Of a stretch of DNA of 20,000 nt, positions 1 through 8,885 are shown piece after piece. Every line of letters begins with the position of its first letter. Position 1 is the first letter of the stretch. Made by a program: the position numbers and the translations under genes. Under the pieces are notes generated by a model. The model worked only from the letters and a program-made list of their open reading frames with translations, ran no database searches and was not told where the DNA came from. The DNA is from an uncultured virus (IMG/VR IMGVR_UViG_3300025168_000070) (taxonomy: Duplodnaviria; Heunggongvirae; Uroviricota; Caudoviricetes): IMG/VR virus record IMGVR_UViG_3300025168_000070, one strand, 5' to 3'.

Positions 1-1126
1 CTGTTGGTCCACCACTTGTAACAGTAGCCCATTCAACTCCGGTTCTCGCAGCATTTACTCTTAATACTTGATTTGAAGTACCTAATGTAGTAGTACCAGT
101 ACCTCCATGACCTATACCTAATACCAACTCATCATCGTGCGGGATAAATACCCCATCTGATGTTTGTTTAAAACCCCAACTACCTTCTATGTTAGGTGCA
201 GAAGAACAATATATCTTACCTCCATTTGTTGAAGTTAAAATAGCACCTGATTCTATTTTTAGATAATTTAAGTTTAATTCTGCTCCTTTACATATTCTTG
301 CTTTAGAGCCTACACCATTAGCACTAGAGTCAATAGTTATTGAACGAATATCACAATTAAACTGTCCGTTGCTACCATAGGTTGCTAAATTACCGTTGCT
401 AGGAATCTCAAAGAAACCAGTTGTTTTACCTTGAAAAGTCCATTGTGAAGAACCACAATAAAACGTACTACTTGCTATTGCTAGTGAATCGGTTGCTAAG
501 TAAAACTTTTTATTTTTATCATTAATATTATGATTAGCACCAGTTATAGGAGCAAAATTAGCGTTACTATTCACAACAAGAGAATAAAAATCCACTTTAC
601 CATGAGTACTTACTGTACTTACATAACTAACCTTAAAATTACCACTTGTTAGTGTAGTAATAGGATAAATACCATCATCAAAAGGTATATCACTTCCTGT
701 TCCATTAACTAAATTAAAGGTAGTTATTGCTCTAGTGCCTGTATTCCAAGTAAACCCATCACCAAACTCAACTAATGTACCGTTGCTTGTACCTAATGTA
801 TTAGCCCCATCTATTGTTATAACAACACTAGTAGTAGGTTTCCAAATACCTCCTTTCAATACTAAATGATTAGTTGTAGTAGTTATAGGAGAAAATACAG
901 CAGCAGTACCATCTGCCTTAATCCAATCAGCAGCAATATGTATACCATCAGAGTCATCTATATTAAAATCACAATCTATTGCGTTTGCACCTGTAAAATG
1001 CAATTGACCTGCTTTTAGTGTTGCTAAATCAGCCGGTGCAGAACCACTACCATTAGCGGCTGTATTCCAATTAGAAAGTGTGCTTCCAGTTTGATTAGTA
1101 GTTCCTAGCCAATAATAAACCGTCAT
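1..1126 (-). CDS. Tail fibre / receptor-binding-like structural protein (3' end truncated by window edge)
   Basis: Not in the ORF track. Hand translation from ATG at 1126 is open to position 1: MTVYYWLGTTNQTGSTLSNWNTAANGSGSAP...LGIGHGGTGTTTLGTSNQVLRVNAARTGVEWATVTSGGPT. It is G/T/S/N-rich, and GGTG plus GTxxQVLxxNxxxTGVEW are typical phage fibre motifs. It starts 2 nt after the adaptor gene stop. Confidence 0.75.
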   Translation of the reverse strand, partial: MTVYYWLGTTNQTGSTLSNWNTAANGSGSAPADLATLKAGQLHFTGANAIDCDFNIDDSDGIHIAADWIKADGTAAVFSPITTTTNHLVLKGGIWKPTTSVVITIDGANTLGTSNGTLVEFGDGFTWNTGTRAITTFNLVNGTGSDIPFDDGIYPITTLTSGNFKVSYVSTVSTHGKVDFYSLVVNSNANFAPITGANHNINDKNKKFYLATDSLAIASSTFYCGSSQWTFQGKTTGFFEIPSNGNLATYGSNGQFNCDIRSITIDSSANGVGSKARICKGAELNLNYLKIESGAILTSTNGGKIYCSSAPNIEGSWGFKQTSDGVFIPHDDELVLGIGHGGTGTTTLGTSNQVLRVNAARTGVEWATVTSGGPT

Positions 1127-1128
1127 AC

Positions 1129-1518
1129 TTATTCAATCCTAGTGCTACTCTGTGTCGTATAGAATGCTGTACCGCCTTCTTCCGCTATGAGTGCTAGGAG
1201 TGAGTCTGCTTGTTTTTGCATAGTTACTAACTGTGTTCGCAAGCGTATATCCTGTTGTCTAAACTCGTTTTCGGGAACGTACATAGGAGCAGTATCTATT
1301 AAAACCCTTAAACAATCACAACAAACTAAATATTTTATTGCATCTGATTTATTGTCATCACTTACCGCACTATCTCCTACGTTGTAATCTGTATTTCTAG
1401 ATACTTTGTTTACTTGGTTTGTTCTCATTGAAATATATTCTGTAATTGTTCCTTCGGTTAAACCTCTTGGCCTATTAAGTAAATCTCTTACTTGGCTAGT
1501 GGATACCGATATTGTCAT
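1129..1518 (-). CDS. Putative head-tail adaptor / head completion protein
   Basis: 129-aa helical-looking protein (SQVRDLLNRP...TITEYI...AIKYLVC) a few genes downstream of the capsid gene. ATGA overlap with the upstream ORF. The call rests on size, position and loose gp6/gp15-type resemblance. Confidence 0.55.
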   Translation of the reverse strand: MTISVSTSQVRDLLNRPRGLTEGTITEYISMRTNQVNKVSRNTDYNVGDSAVSDDNKSDAIKYLVCCDCLRVLIDTAPMYVPENEFRQQDIRLRTQLVTMQKQADSLLALIAEEGGTAFYTTQSSTRIE

Positions 1519-1838
1519 TCTTCTTCCTCTCTGTTGTAATTGATGGGGATGTCAAGAAACACCGCATCTTTAGGTGCAACAGGAGTACGGCCTAACATAA
1601 ACACTTCGCCTGATTTAACGATTTGTCTAGCAAAATCACCGTTTGGAATCCAATAAGTAAATCCCTTAGTAAGTTTGTTTTGTGGACCGTTTCTTCTAGG
1701 TCTTCGTATAAGACGGACTAACCATCCATCTCCTTGTTCCCAATTATCAAGCCTATGCTGTAAATTAGCAAGTGTAGGCTCACTCGGTACTGGTATCTTT
1801 TTCTTCCTTAATTTTGCTGTTAATGACGCTCTGCTCAA
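1515..1838 (-). CDS. Basic hypothetical virion-module protein
   Basis: 107-aa ORF with TTG start after GGAGAGTGTGA. K/R-rich. Ends in EEEE-stop overlapping the next ATG. Confidence 0.65.
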   Translation of the reverse strand: MSRASLTAKLRKKKIPVPSEPTLANLQHRLDNWEQGDGWLVRLIRRPRRNGPQNKLTKGFTYWIPNGDFARQIVKSGEVFMLGRTPVAPKDAVFLDIPINYNREEEE

Positions 1839-2055
1839 CTTTCACACTCTCCTTCTTACTAATAACCTTTTTAGGTTTGTTAATCTTTTTTGGCTCTGTT
1901 TTAACAACAGGTTTAGAGACAGGCTTTGCTTTAGTAGCAATAGCCCAATCTCTTACTTGCCTACGAAGAGTAAAATGTTTTATTTCTTCTTTATGCGCAT
2001 CACTCAAAGACCTACCTAGTCTTCTTTCAGCATAACCCAATAAAAACTCATTCAT
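1780..2055 (-). CDS. Lys-rich hypothetical protein
   Basis: Start revised to ATG 2055 (MNEFLLG...) because GGAGTGA lies 5 nt upstream. Has a low-complexity K/P/V tail (KAKPVSKPVVKTEPKK). Confidence 0.6.
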   Translation of the reverse strand: MNEFLLGYAERRLGRSLSDAHKEEIKHFTLRRQVRDWAIATKAKPVSKPVVKTEPKKINKPKKVISKKESVKVEQSVINSKIKEEKDTSTE

Positions 2056-2060
2056 CTTAA

Positions 2061-2129
2061 TCACTCCATAAAGCATCCGCAACCGCATAGAAAACAGAAG
2101 GATAGGTTTCTATCCGTTCTGTTAACCAT
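2061..2129 (-). CDS. Candidate 22-aa Cys-rich microprotein or leader peptide (MVNRTDRNLSFCFLCGCGCFME)
   Basis: Hand translated. AGGTGA SD lies 4 nt before the ATG. The stop codon TGA is part of the next gene's SD (GGAGTGA). Confidence 0.45.
   Translation of the reverse strand: MVNRTDRNLSFCFLCGCGCFME
2090..2123 (-). terminator. Hairpin plus short U-tract downstream of major capsid gene
   Basis: Minus strand AACAGAA-C-GGATAG-AAAC-CTATCC-TTCTGTT followed by TTCT: 13 bp stem with one bulge. Confidence 0.5.
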
Positions 2130-2157
2130 TTAATCACCTGTAATTAACTAACTATGC

Positions 2158-3060
2158 CTAAGCACTTATGTTAGTTAGTTTACAGATACGGTTATTCTTA
2201 CCTGCTGCTGCGCCATCTTGGTGTTCGTGGATTACGCAACCCATGTAGCCAGTTAGAATCCAGTCATAACCTACTCCGGGGAGTCTAGTTAATTCTGTTT
2301 CCATGAAACCAGCACCGTTGTACTGTAAGAACTCTGCTGTTTCTGCGCCCGGCACTAGTAATAGTGCTGTATCTGCAAGTCTAGCATTTCTGCTAAAGTA
2401 TACACGTAGGTTAGCGATTCTAGCCAAGTGGTCTGATAGGGATTCAACTACGTTTCCGTATAGTGTTGTGTTAAGCAAAACGCTTCTTAGTTTTGCTGGT
2501 ACTATCATAGCAAGAGGTTCATCACCGCTTACTCGACCATTCTCAAAAATCTTATCCATAGCGGATAGGATGTTAGATTCTGCATCTTCTGATGCTGTAT
2601 CCCATTCGCTTCCTGCTGCAACTGCAATTGATTGACCTGCTCCAGCAAGTAATTTCTCAAGGATTAAGTCGTCAATAACATCTGCTCTGTTTCTAACGAT
2701 AGCCAATTGTTGTCTATCCATAGTCTCAAAGTTTTCTCCACGTAGTAGTGTGCTGTCTAGGAAGACAGTCCTACCTTGTCCTTTCAAAAGGTTAGCCTCG
2801 TAGGATTGTGTACCAATGTGTGTTGGGTCAACAACTGCGTTGTCGTCTAATGGGTATGTGAAAGTACCATCCACACCAGTATACCATTTAAATGTTAACC
2901 AGTCAACAGTCCTTACACCTACTATTTGTGTACCAACAGCAATCATTGTTGATTGTAGTTGGATGAAATCACGGAGAGTTTGCTCCATAACTGCATTACC
3001 GGGACCAAAAGGTCCTGCATCCGCTTTTACGTTTAATATTTCGTCTAATGTCTTTACCAT
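2158..3060 (-). CDS. Major capsid protein (HK97 fold)
   Basis: 300 aa, directly after the protease/scaffold and decoration genes. SD GGAGATGA. Has a long backbone-helix-like segment (MDRQQLAIVRNRADVIDDLILEKLLAGAG) and a C-terminal beta strand (RICKLTNI), typical of HK97-type MCPs. Confidence 0.85.
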   Translation of the reverse strand: MVKTLDEILNVKADAGPFGPGNAVMEQTLRDFIQLQSTMIAVGTQIVGVRTVDWLTFKWYTGVDGTFTYPLDDNAVVDPTHIGTQSYEANLLKGQGRTVFLDSTLLRGENFETMDRQQLAIVRNRADVIDDLILEKLLAGAGQSIAVAAGSEWDTASEDAESNILSAMDKIFENGRVSGDEPLAMIVPAKLRSVLLNTTLYGNVVESLSDHLARIANLRVYFSRNARLADTALLLVPGAETAEFLQYNGAGFMETELTRLPGVGYDWILTGYMGCVIHEHQDGAAAGKNNRICKLTNISA

Positions 3061-3074
3061 ATCTAATCATCTCC

Positions 3075-3536
3075 TTAAGCAATTGCCGCCCCATGCGTAT
3101 CCACAGCGACCATAACACCCTCTGTTAAAGATGCTGTATCACCGGAAAGTGGTGCGGAAAGTGCTGTTGCTGCGTGTGCTGAATCTCCAACGTAAAGTCC
3201 TAAGATTTTCTTACTGGATGATGAAGAGTGAGAAGCAAGTCCGTTTGCTCCGATGTAAACTGTTGCTCCAAAGTTAAATGTTGAAGAAGCATCACATTGT
3301 ACCATAACTACTCCGCCTAATGGAATGTATGAAACTGTTGCTCCTGCTGTATCAAGAGCGTTGTCTGCTCCTTCACGGCTTGAGGATGCTACTGTGATTC
3401 CCATAGCAACGGAAGCGTTTGAACTCAAGTCAGCGTGATTTGCTGTTGAGCCAGCCTTTAGTATTTTTCCTGCTCCGTAAACAACAGTTGCATCTTCTAG
3501 TTCAATATTTCTTGGGGTTTTTCCTTCGTATAGCAT
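3075..3536 (-). CDS. Capsid decoration / cement protein
   Basis: 153 aa, A/G/S-rich, between scaffold and MCP. Motif FGATVYIGANGLAS...KILG resembles DUF2190/cement-type proteins. SD GAGGTGA. Confidence 0.7.
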   Translation of the reverse strand: MLYEGKTPRNIELEDATVVYGAGKILKAGSTANHADLSSNASVAMGITVASSSREGADNALDTAGATVSYIPLGGVVMVQCDASSTFNFGATVYIGANGLASHSSSSSKKILGLYVGDSAHAATALSAPLSGDTASLTEGVMVAVDTHGAAIA

Positions 3537-5503
3537 CAGTTATCACCTCTAATGGTCTCATATGACTTAGCCCTAAATTGAGTCTCAGCCGGTGTGAGTG
3601 TTCTGTTCCATGCGCTAACCCATGTGTTGTATGCTTTTGAGTAAACATCAACTGGTGTTTCAATGCGCTCTTGGTTAAAGTAGTTAGCAACTACTTCTTT
3701 TGATTCAACAGTTGTTATTGTAGCAACTGCTTCTTCGTCTATGGATGCACCTACTGGTTTCATCTCAACTACTTTTTCTTCCACTACTGGGTGTGTTGCA
3801 TTCCATGATGCAATTAATCCAGTTAGTGTTGCAGATGAAAGGTCATCATGTCCTTTCATACCTAGAGATGATGCCTTTTCAACAAGGGTTGTTCTCTCTG
3901 CTTCTGCTTTCATAGCCTTTTCGTTCTCAAACTCCGCTACTTGGGCCTCAAGCAAAATCTTTTCTGCTCTAAGTGCTTCCATTTCTGCGGAATTATCTTG
4001 TGTATTAGTGTTGTCTGATTCGCTCATAATATTCACTTCTCCTTTCGGATGTTTTAATCCATTGTCAGAGTCATATATAACCGTAGCGGATAATTCAACC
4101 TCTTTACGTTCAACAGAATCAATTTTGGCTCTGCCGTATGCTGGATTGTGTACTATGGCTAAATGGTCGAATTGAAAATTAGAAGAGAATGTAATCATAC
4201 TTCTTCCGTTGTCATCTTCTTCTGCCGCATCAGGAATACCTGTACCACCTATTGATACTCCATATCCTTCTCTAAGCCAAAGACCTGATTCTAAACTTGA
4301 AAACAATTCTTCTCTTACTATATCAGCAGCAAACTTAACTTCCCAAGATGAGCCACTATAAATTACATAAGCATCCGATACATAACCTACTACTGCTTCA
4401 TCAATACCACCGGTCATATTACGTGTGAACCTACCATTCTTGATACTAGGATGATTTAGTGTAACATCAGCACCAACCATATTTACTGCTACCATTTCTG
4501 CTAACTTATTAGTTATCTGCCAATTGTTTTTGTTATATCCTTCGTGGAATGCAGTACCTTTCATGTGTACTAATGTTGAACCTGTTGATGCTTCTATACT
4601 GGTTGCTATTTCATCTATTTCTATTTCCAATGTTACAGCGACTTCAACACACTTACCATCTTGCATCTTTTTGCCCGGAGGACAAGAAGGAGCATTATTG
4701 TAATTTGCTTCACTTCCGTTTTTCTTTTCTTGATATGCTTCCATACTTTCACAAGGCATATACAATTTAGTACCATCTTCGTGTGTATGTGTATGTATAG
4801 AGGAACAACCTAATTCCTTTGCCCTCTCTCTTGCTTCATCAGGAGTACGGTATACATCATCTCCTTCTTCTTGAGCCTCTTTCTTAATTGGTATACAATT
4901 AGGTACTCTTCTTCCATCTTTCATTTTAGTACCGTATTGTTCGTACCCCTGCGTACAAGGGTCATCTTTATCTTTAGCCTCTAATTCTTGTTCAGCATCA
5001 GGGTCGTTCTTCCTGTACCATTCAATAAACTCTTCTTCGGTTTTAGCAGGGAAATATAATGTTCCTCCGTCTGCTGTTGTACTTGTATGTGTTTCTCCAT
5101 CAAAACCAATTTCTTCTGATTTCTTGATTGCTCCTTGTTCATCCATAAATATGTAATCTTCCATTTTTGCTTCCACTTTATTGCCACTTCTCCATTGTCT
5201 GCAAGACCAATATTTAGCCTTCCATTTAGGTCCGGGTTCTGAACAGTTATGTCTATCACGGAATGCCTTTCTTCTTTTAGGGTCATCTCTTTTGATTTCC
5301 ATATTTGGGTCTCCAAATCTAACTAAAACAACATTACCCTTTTCATTCTTAGTATAGACACCAAACTTCTTACTAGCACCCTTTGTTCTAAAAGGTTTGT
5401 TGAGTGTTACTTTTCGGCCTTGATATTCTGCCGCAGTTGCTTCCGTTTCTTCCCAGTTTTCATAGGCTATCTGTTCGCCACCACAGCCACATCCGCAACC
5501 CAT
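3536..5503 (-). CDS. Prohead protease-scaffold fusion with N-terminal array of small Cys/His-rich modules
   Basis: About aa 305-465 carry HK97/assemblin-type protease motifs (GTAFHEGYNKN, LNHP, GVSIGG, HLAIVHNPAY). The C-terminus is an acidic coiled-coil scaffold (EMEALRAEKILLEAQVAEFENEK). About 300 N-terminal residues are extra modules. Lies between portal and MCP. Confidence 0.8.
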   Translation of the reverse strand: MGCGCGCGGEQIAYENWEETEATAAEYQGRKVTLNKPFRTKGASKKFGVYTKNEKGNVVLVRFGDPNMEIKRDDPKRRKAFRDRHNCSEPGPKWKAKYWSCRQWRSGNKVEAKMEDYIFMDEQGAIKKSEEIGFDGETHTSTTADGGTLYFPAKTEEEFIEWYRKNDPDAEQELEAKDKDDPCTQGYEQYGTKMKDGRRVPNCIPIKKEAQEEGDDVYRTPDEARERAKELGCSSIHTHTHEDGTKLYMPCESMEAYQEKKNGSEANYNNAPSCPPGKKMQDGKCVEVAVTLEIEIDEIATSIEASTGSTLVHMKGTAFHEGYNKNNWQITNKLAEMVAVNMVGADVTLNHPSIKNGRFTRNMTGGIDEAVVGYVSDAYVIYSGSSWEVKFAADIVREELFSSLESGLWLREGYGVSIGGTGIPDAAEEDDNGRSMITFSSNFQFDHLAIVHNPAYGRAKIDSVERKEVELSATVIYDSDNGLKHPKGEVNIMSESDNTNTQDNSAEMEALRAEKILLEAQVAEFENEKAMKAEAERTTLVEKASSLGMKGHDDLSSATLTGLIASWNATHPVVEEKVVEMKPVGASIDEEAVATITTVESKEVVANYFNQERIETPVDVYSKAYNTWVSAWNRTLTPAETQFRAKSYETIRGDN

Positions 5504-5526
5504 GATTGTCGCAGTATTCCACTAAC

Positions 5527-5537
5527 TTATCAACTTT
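5527..5537 (-). promoter_or_regulatory. BRE/TATA-like promoter for protease-capsid operon (probably leaderless)
   Basis: AAAG-TTGATAA with the box starting 30 nt upstream of ATG 5503. No SD between box and ATG. Confidence 0.45.
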
Positions 5538-5621
5538 ATGAAACTTAAGGTAGTTTATCGGGATTAATGAACATAAACGCTAGGATAAACAACCCCATCA
5601 TAAAACAACAGAAATCAATCA

Positions 5622-6458
5622 TTATTGAACATCCACAGCATACCAGTCAACCGCCCTAGTATAATCACCATGTATTTCAAATGTAGCGTGTATATCGTAT
5701 TTACCTTTTACTAACCCACCAGCACTTACATTAACATAATCCCAATCTTGGTAATATGTTTCGTATGTTAATTCCGGTTGTATTTTAGTCCAGTTGCCTG
5801 ATTCGTTTTCATAAACAGTCCAAATGACCGTTAAGTTATGTGGTTCGTTATCACAAGCCAAATCAGCATCCCAAATGAATGTTATAGTAGTATTATTGTA
5901 TTCAAAGTAAGCATCATACATTTCAGGGTCGCATGGCTGTCCTTCTCTATATTCGCACGAACCATCGTCATAATCTGCATATGGGTCATAGTTAGTTGCT
6001 GTATCATCAGTACATCCGTATGTTTCTTCCGGTTCTTCTTCGTATTCGCACGAACCATCATCCTCTTCTGCTTCTGAATCATAATTCAAAGCATCAGGGT
6101 CGGTGCAACCTTCGGGTCGCACAATGACGGTATCGTTATTCCCATTAGTAAATGAATTATCATCGGGCTCATCAGAACCATCTCGGCAGTTTTTGTATCC
6201 ATCATTAACTAAAGAGTTTTGTATTACTGAACCATCTCCACAAGTAAAGTCATCACCCATTTCCCAATCATCATCAGTAACCCATTCGTCATCTCCATCA
6301 CCGTATGGTGTAAGGTCTAGAATACCTACTGCTTCCATTCCGGGCATTACTATCGCTATGATAGATGCGAGGGTAATGATTAAAGACCTTAATTCTTGCG
6401 CTCTATCATTAATTGTTTCTATTATTGACTCTGCTTCCTCTGCTGTCAACATCCTCAC
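5622..6458 (-). CDS. Acidic membrane-anchored protein with LDL-receptor class A-like motif and two GCTD..A.NYD...DDGSCEY repeats
   Basis: Hydrophobic segment LIITLASIIAIVMPG. FTCGDGSVI...VNDGYKNCRDGSDE matches the LDLa pattern. Repeats GCTDPDALNYDSEAEEDDGSCEY and GCTDDTATNYDPYADYDDGSCEY. C-terminus is beta-rich. Confidence 0.75.
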   Translation of the reverse strand: MRMLTAEEAESIIETINDRAQELRSLIITLASIIAIVMPGMEAVGILDLTPYGDGDDEWVTDDDWEMGDDFTCGDGSVIQNSLVNDGYKNCRDGSDEPDDNSFTNGNNDTVIVRPEGCTDPDALNYDSEAEEDDGSCEYEEEPEETYGCTDDTATNYDPYADYDDGSCEYREGQPCDPEMYDAYFEYNNTTITFIWDADLACDNEPHNLTVIWTVYENESGNWTKIQPELTYETYYQDWDYVNVSAGGLVKGKYDIHATFEIHGDYTRAVDWYAVDVQ

Positions 6459-6793
6459 CTCTTGCCGCCATAGTATTCGGTAGCATGACCCTCACTTATC
6501 AACTGTGCGTTGACGTTGGTTTTATTTGCATACAAGGTTCCTAAACAACGACCAAACTTACCTACACCATGCGACTTTAAAACTATGTCTTTGTTTTCTA
6601 ATAGTTGGTCTAATCTCTCTTTAGCGGCTAGACCTAATTTCTTTTCTTCTAAATCTCTAGTACGGGATTCAGGAGCATTTATACCATGTAGTCTAACTCT
6701 TACGTTAAAATGGACTTTAAAACCCAAATCAACTCTAACGTCAACAGTATCACCATCAACTACACGTAATATTTCTGCATTGTACTCAAACAT
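6455..6793 (-). CDS. Thermonuclease (SNase/micrococcal nuclease family)
   Basis: RVVDGDTV, RVRLHGINAPE, GKFGRCLG and NAQLISEGHA are the SNase signature motifs. Confidence 0.92.
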   Translation of the reverse strand: MFEYNAEILRVVDGDTVDVRVDLGFKVHFNVRVRLHGINAPESRTRDLEEKKLGLAAKERLDQLLENKDIVLKSHGVGKFGRCLGTLYANKTNVNAQLISEGHATEYYGGKR

Positions 6794-6854
6794 TATACCA
6801 CCACACCTATTAGTTTAAGAAAAAACACAAAGATAGGATGTCCTTCGTAATTCA

Positions 6855-7382
6855 TTACTTTCTTGCATCCTTTACCTTGCCGTTGGTAATTTGGTATGCT
6901 TCCATATCTAAAGTGTGTTGTTTTTGCATCTTTTCCATTTCTAGGTCATGCTTCATTTTAAACTCTTCCAACAGTCTTACGTGTGTCTTTTCAGCGTCAG
7001 TTGCTTGAACATCGGCTGAAAGCCTGTCAGGTAAAACTGCTATTTTAGCACTTTCTTTACCTTTGAATAAATCTAGTACACTTGTTATAATAAGTAGTGC
7101 CGGACCACCTAATAGTCCTATAACTGTAAGTTGTGAATCTGATATATCTCTTTGTTCAACAATACTAAAGTATGATGCTGTTGCCGCTATGACAACCCAA
7201 GCCATAACTACACCCATACCAAAAGTCAACATAAGAGTTTCATTAGGATTAGTCATTTTCATCTGTACCACACTCTTTACAGGAGGTCTTTGATTTATCA
7301 ACTTAGCCCCTAGCAAACCTAACATAAATAACCCACCATATATACTTATTAACAATATTATATCTGTCTCATATTGATTCAT
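6855..7382 (-). CDS. Membrane protein, about 3 TM helices plus C-terminal coiled coil (holin-like possible)
   Basis: Three hydrophobic stretches: IILLISIYGGLFMLGLLG, LMLTFGMGVVMAWVVIAATAS, LTVIGLLGGPALLIITSVL. ATGA overlap with the portal stop. Confidence 0.7.
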   Translation of the reverse strand: MNQYETDIILLISIYGGLFMLGLLGAKLINQRPPVKSVVQMKMTNPNETLMLTFGMGVVMAWVVIAATASYFSIVEQRDISDSQLTVIGLLGGPALLIITSVLDLFKGKESAKIAVLPDRLSADVQATDAEKTHVRLLEEFKMKHDLEMEKMQKQHTLDMEAYQITNGKVKDARK

Positions 7383-8848
7383 TCAGTTGTCTCCAAGTCA
7401 TCTTGTGCTGGCTCCTCAACCTCTTCCTCTTCTATATCCGGTGTTGTATCTTCAACTCCGGGTTGTGAATCTCTTCTTGGTAGCCTACCAGTAGGTGCGC
7501 CACCTTCCTCATCCTTTCTAATATCTCCTGATGTTCCAATATCAGGTTCTCCTATTACTTCTAACGCTTGGTTTAATGTTAACAAACCTGAATTATAGCC
7601 TAATACAGACCTTTGCATACGCACACTAGGAGATTCATCCTCGACTGGAGAAAACTCTAATTTAGGTATATCTTTCATTTGGTGTTCTATACCCATCAAT
7701 TCTAAATGTTTTGAAAACATATCTTGGATTGATTGGGCTAATATTCCTTGTAGTCTCTTAATTGCAGTAGTAGCCCACACGTTAGCGTTATATGTAGCCG
7801 CAAACGTGGAACCTCTTTCCTGCCCTGCTGCTACTCTTGGGACTTGTAGTACAGCCGCTATGTCTGCATTTACAGTATCTAAGAATGATGTATTGTCAGG
7901 TATAGTGTTTCTAGTATCAGTATGGTGTATTTCTATATAATCAGGGAATATAGGTACTTGGTCTCCTCTAAGGGATTCTAAGGTTTTTACTACCTCATCC
8001 ATGATAAAAGTAAGTCTTGCTCTTTGTTCATCAGGGTCGCTTATGTGTTCAATGGCAGAACTGTTAATGGTTATAAACTGCTTAGTCATTGACTCTTCCA
8101 AAGCCATTCTGTTGTTCAATGTGTTATATTTTGCTCTTATTGCTTGTTTTAACGAAGAAAACCTAGATGCTCCCCAAATACCATAAGTCTCTCTGTTTTC
8201 AGAATCTAAGAACCAATTGCTTCTATAATCTATCCTAATATGTAAAATCTCATCAGCATTGAATTGTTCCTCTGTTGAATCTCCTTCTCTGATAATATAT
8301 GTGGTTGCTTCGACAATTGGGTTCATCCTATCTGTTTGTTCTGTACTCGGCCTACCATCAGTTATTGTCATTTGTGATATAGGTAATGATTGAACCTGTG
8401 TTATACCTACTCCTGTCCTACCAACAAGTTTACTCATGTCATTACCGTACACCATCAAGTTTCTCATACCGTTAATAAGTATATCATCAAAGTCTATTGT
8501 TTCTTCGACTAACATCCTTATACCTTCTCTTAGTTTAGCATTCTTAGCAGTTTTATAGTTTATTTCGTAATTGTTCGCAGTTAAAGATACTGCACGTACA
8601 GCACCGTTCAATTCAGGGTCTAACTCTAACATTGAATCATATATATCAAAGTCAGTAGTAAAATTAGTATTTGCTCTCAAACGGTTGCTTTGGCTCATAA
8701 TATCGCTAAGACCAGCAGCAGCCGCAAGAAGTAAAGGATTTTCGCTAGAATCAGCCCTTCGTGCGTTAGCCCATCCGCTTGCGATGTTTATTTCACTTTT
8801 TTCGGAGATATTTTCCGTTCTTCCGAGTATTCTGTCGAATAATCCCAT
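7379..8848 (-). CDS. Portal protein
   Basis: 489 aa. MGLFDRILG start, NLMVYGN, FNADEILHIR, IAAVLQVP, GLLTLNQALEVIG and an acidic tail are the usual HK97-family portal features. Upstream of protease and MCP. Confidence 0.9.
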   Translation of the reverse strand: MGLFDRILGRTENISEKSEINIASGWANARRADSSENPLLLAAAAGLSDIMSQSNRLRANTNFTTDFDIYDSMLELDPELNGAVRAVSLTANNYEINYKTAKNAKLREGIRMLVEETIDFDDILINGMRNLMVYGNDMSKLVGRTGVGITQVQSLPISQMTITDGRPSTEQTDRMNPIVEATTYIIREGDSTEEQFNADEILHIRIDYRSNWFLDSENRETYGIWGASRFSSLKQAIRAKYNTLNNRMALEESMTKQFITINSSAIEHISDPDEQRARLTFIMDEVVKTLESLRGDQVPIFPDYIEIHHTDTRNTIPDNTSFLDTVNADIAAVLQVPRVAAGQERGSTFAATYNANVWATTAIKRLQGILAQSIQDMFSKHLELMGIEHQMKDIPKLEFSPVEDESPSVRMQRSVLGYNSGLLTLNQALEVIGEPDIGTSGDIRKDEEGGAPTGRLPRRDSQPGVEDTTPDIEEEEVEEPAQDDLETTE

Positions 8849-8871
8849 ATTTGCTAGAGATTGTCAATGCC

Positions 8872-8883
8872 TTATCATCCTTT
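8872..8883 (-). promoter_or_regulatory. BRE/TATA-like promoter for portal
   Basis: AAAGG-ATGATAA with the box starting 30 nt upstream of ATG 8848. Confidence 0.4.
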
Positions 8884-8885
8884 CG

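Noticed and set aside
2056..2088. Longer 102-aa start for ORF 1780-2088
   Set aside because: A clear SD precedes ATG 2055. The extension has none and overlaps the micro-ORF.
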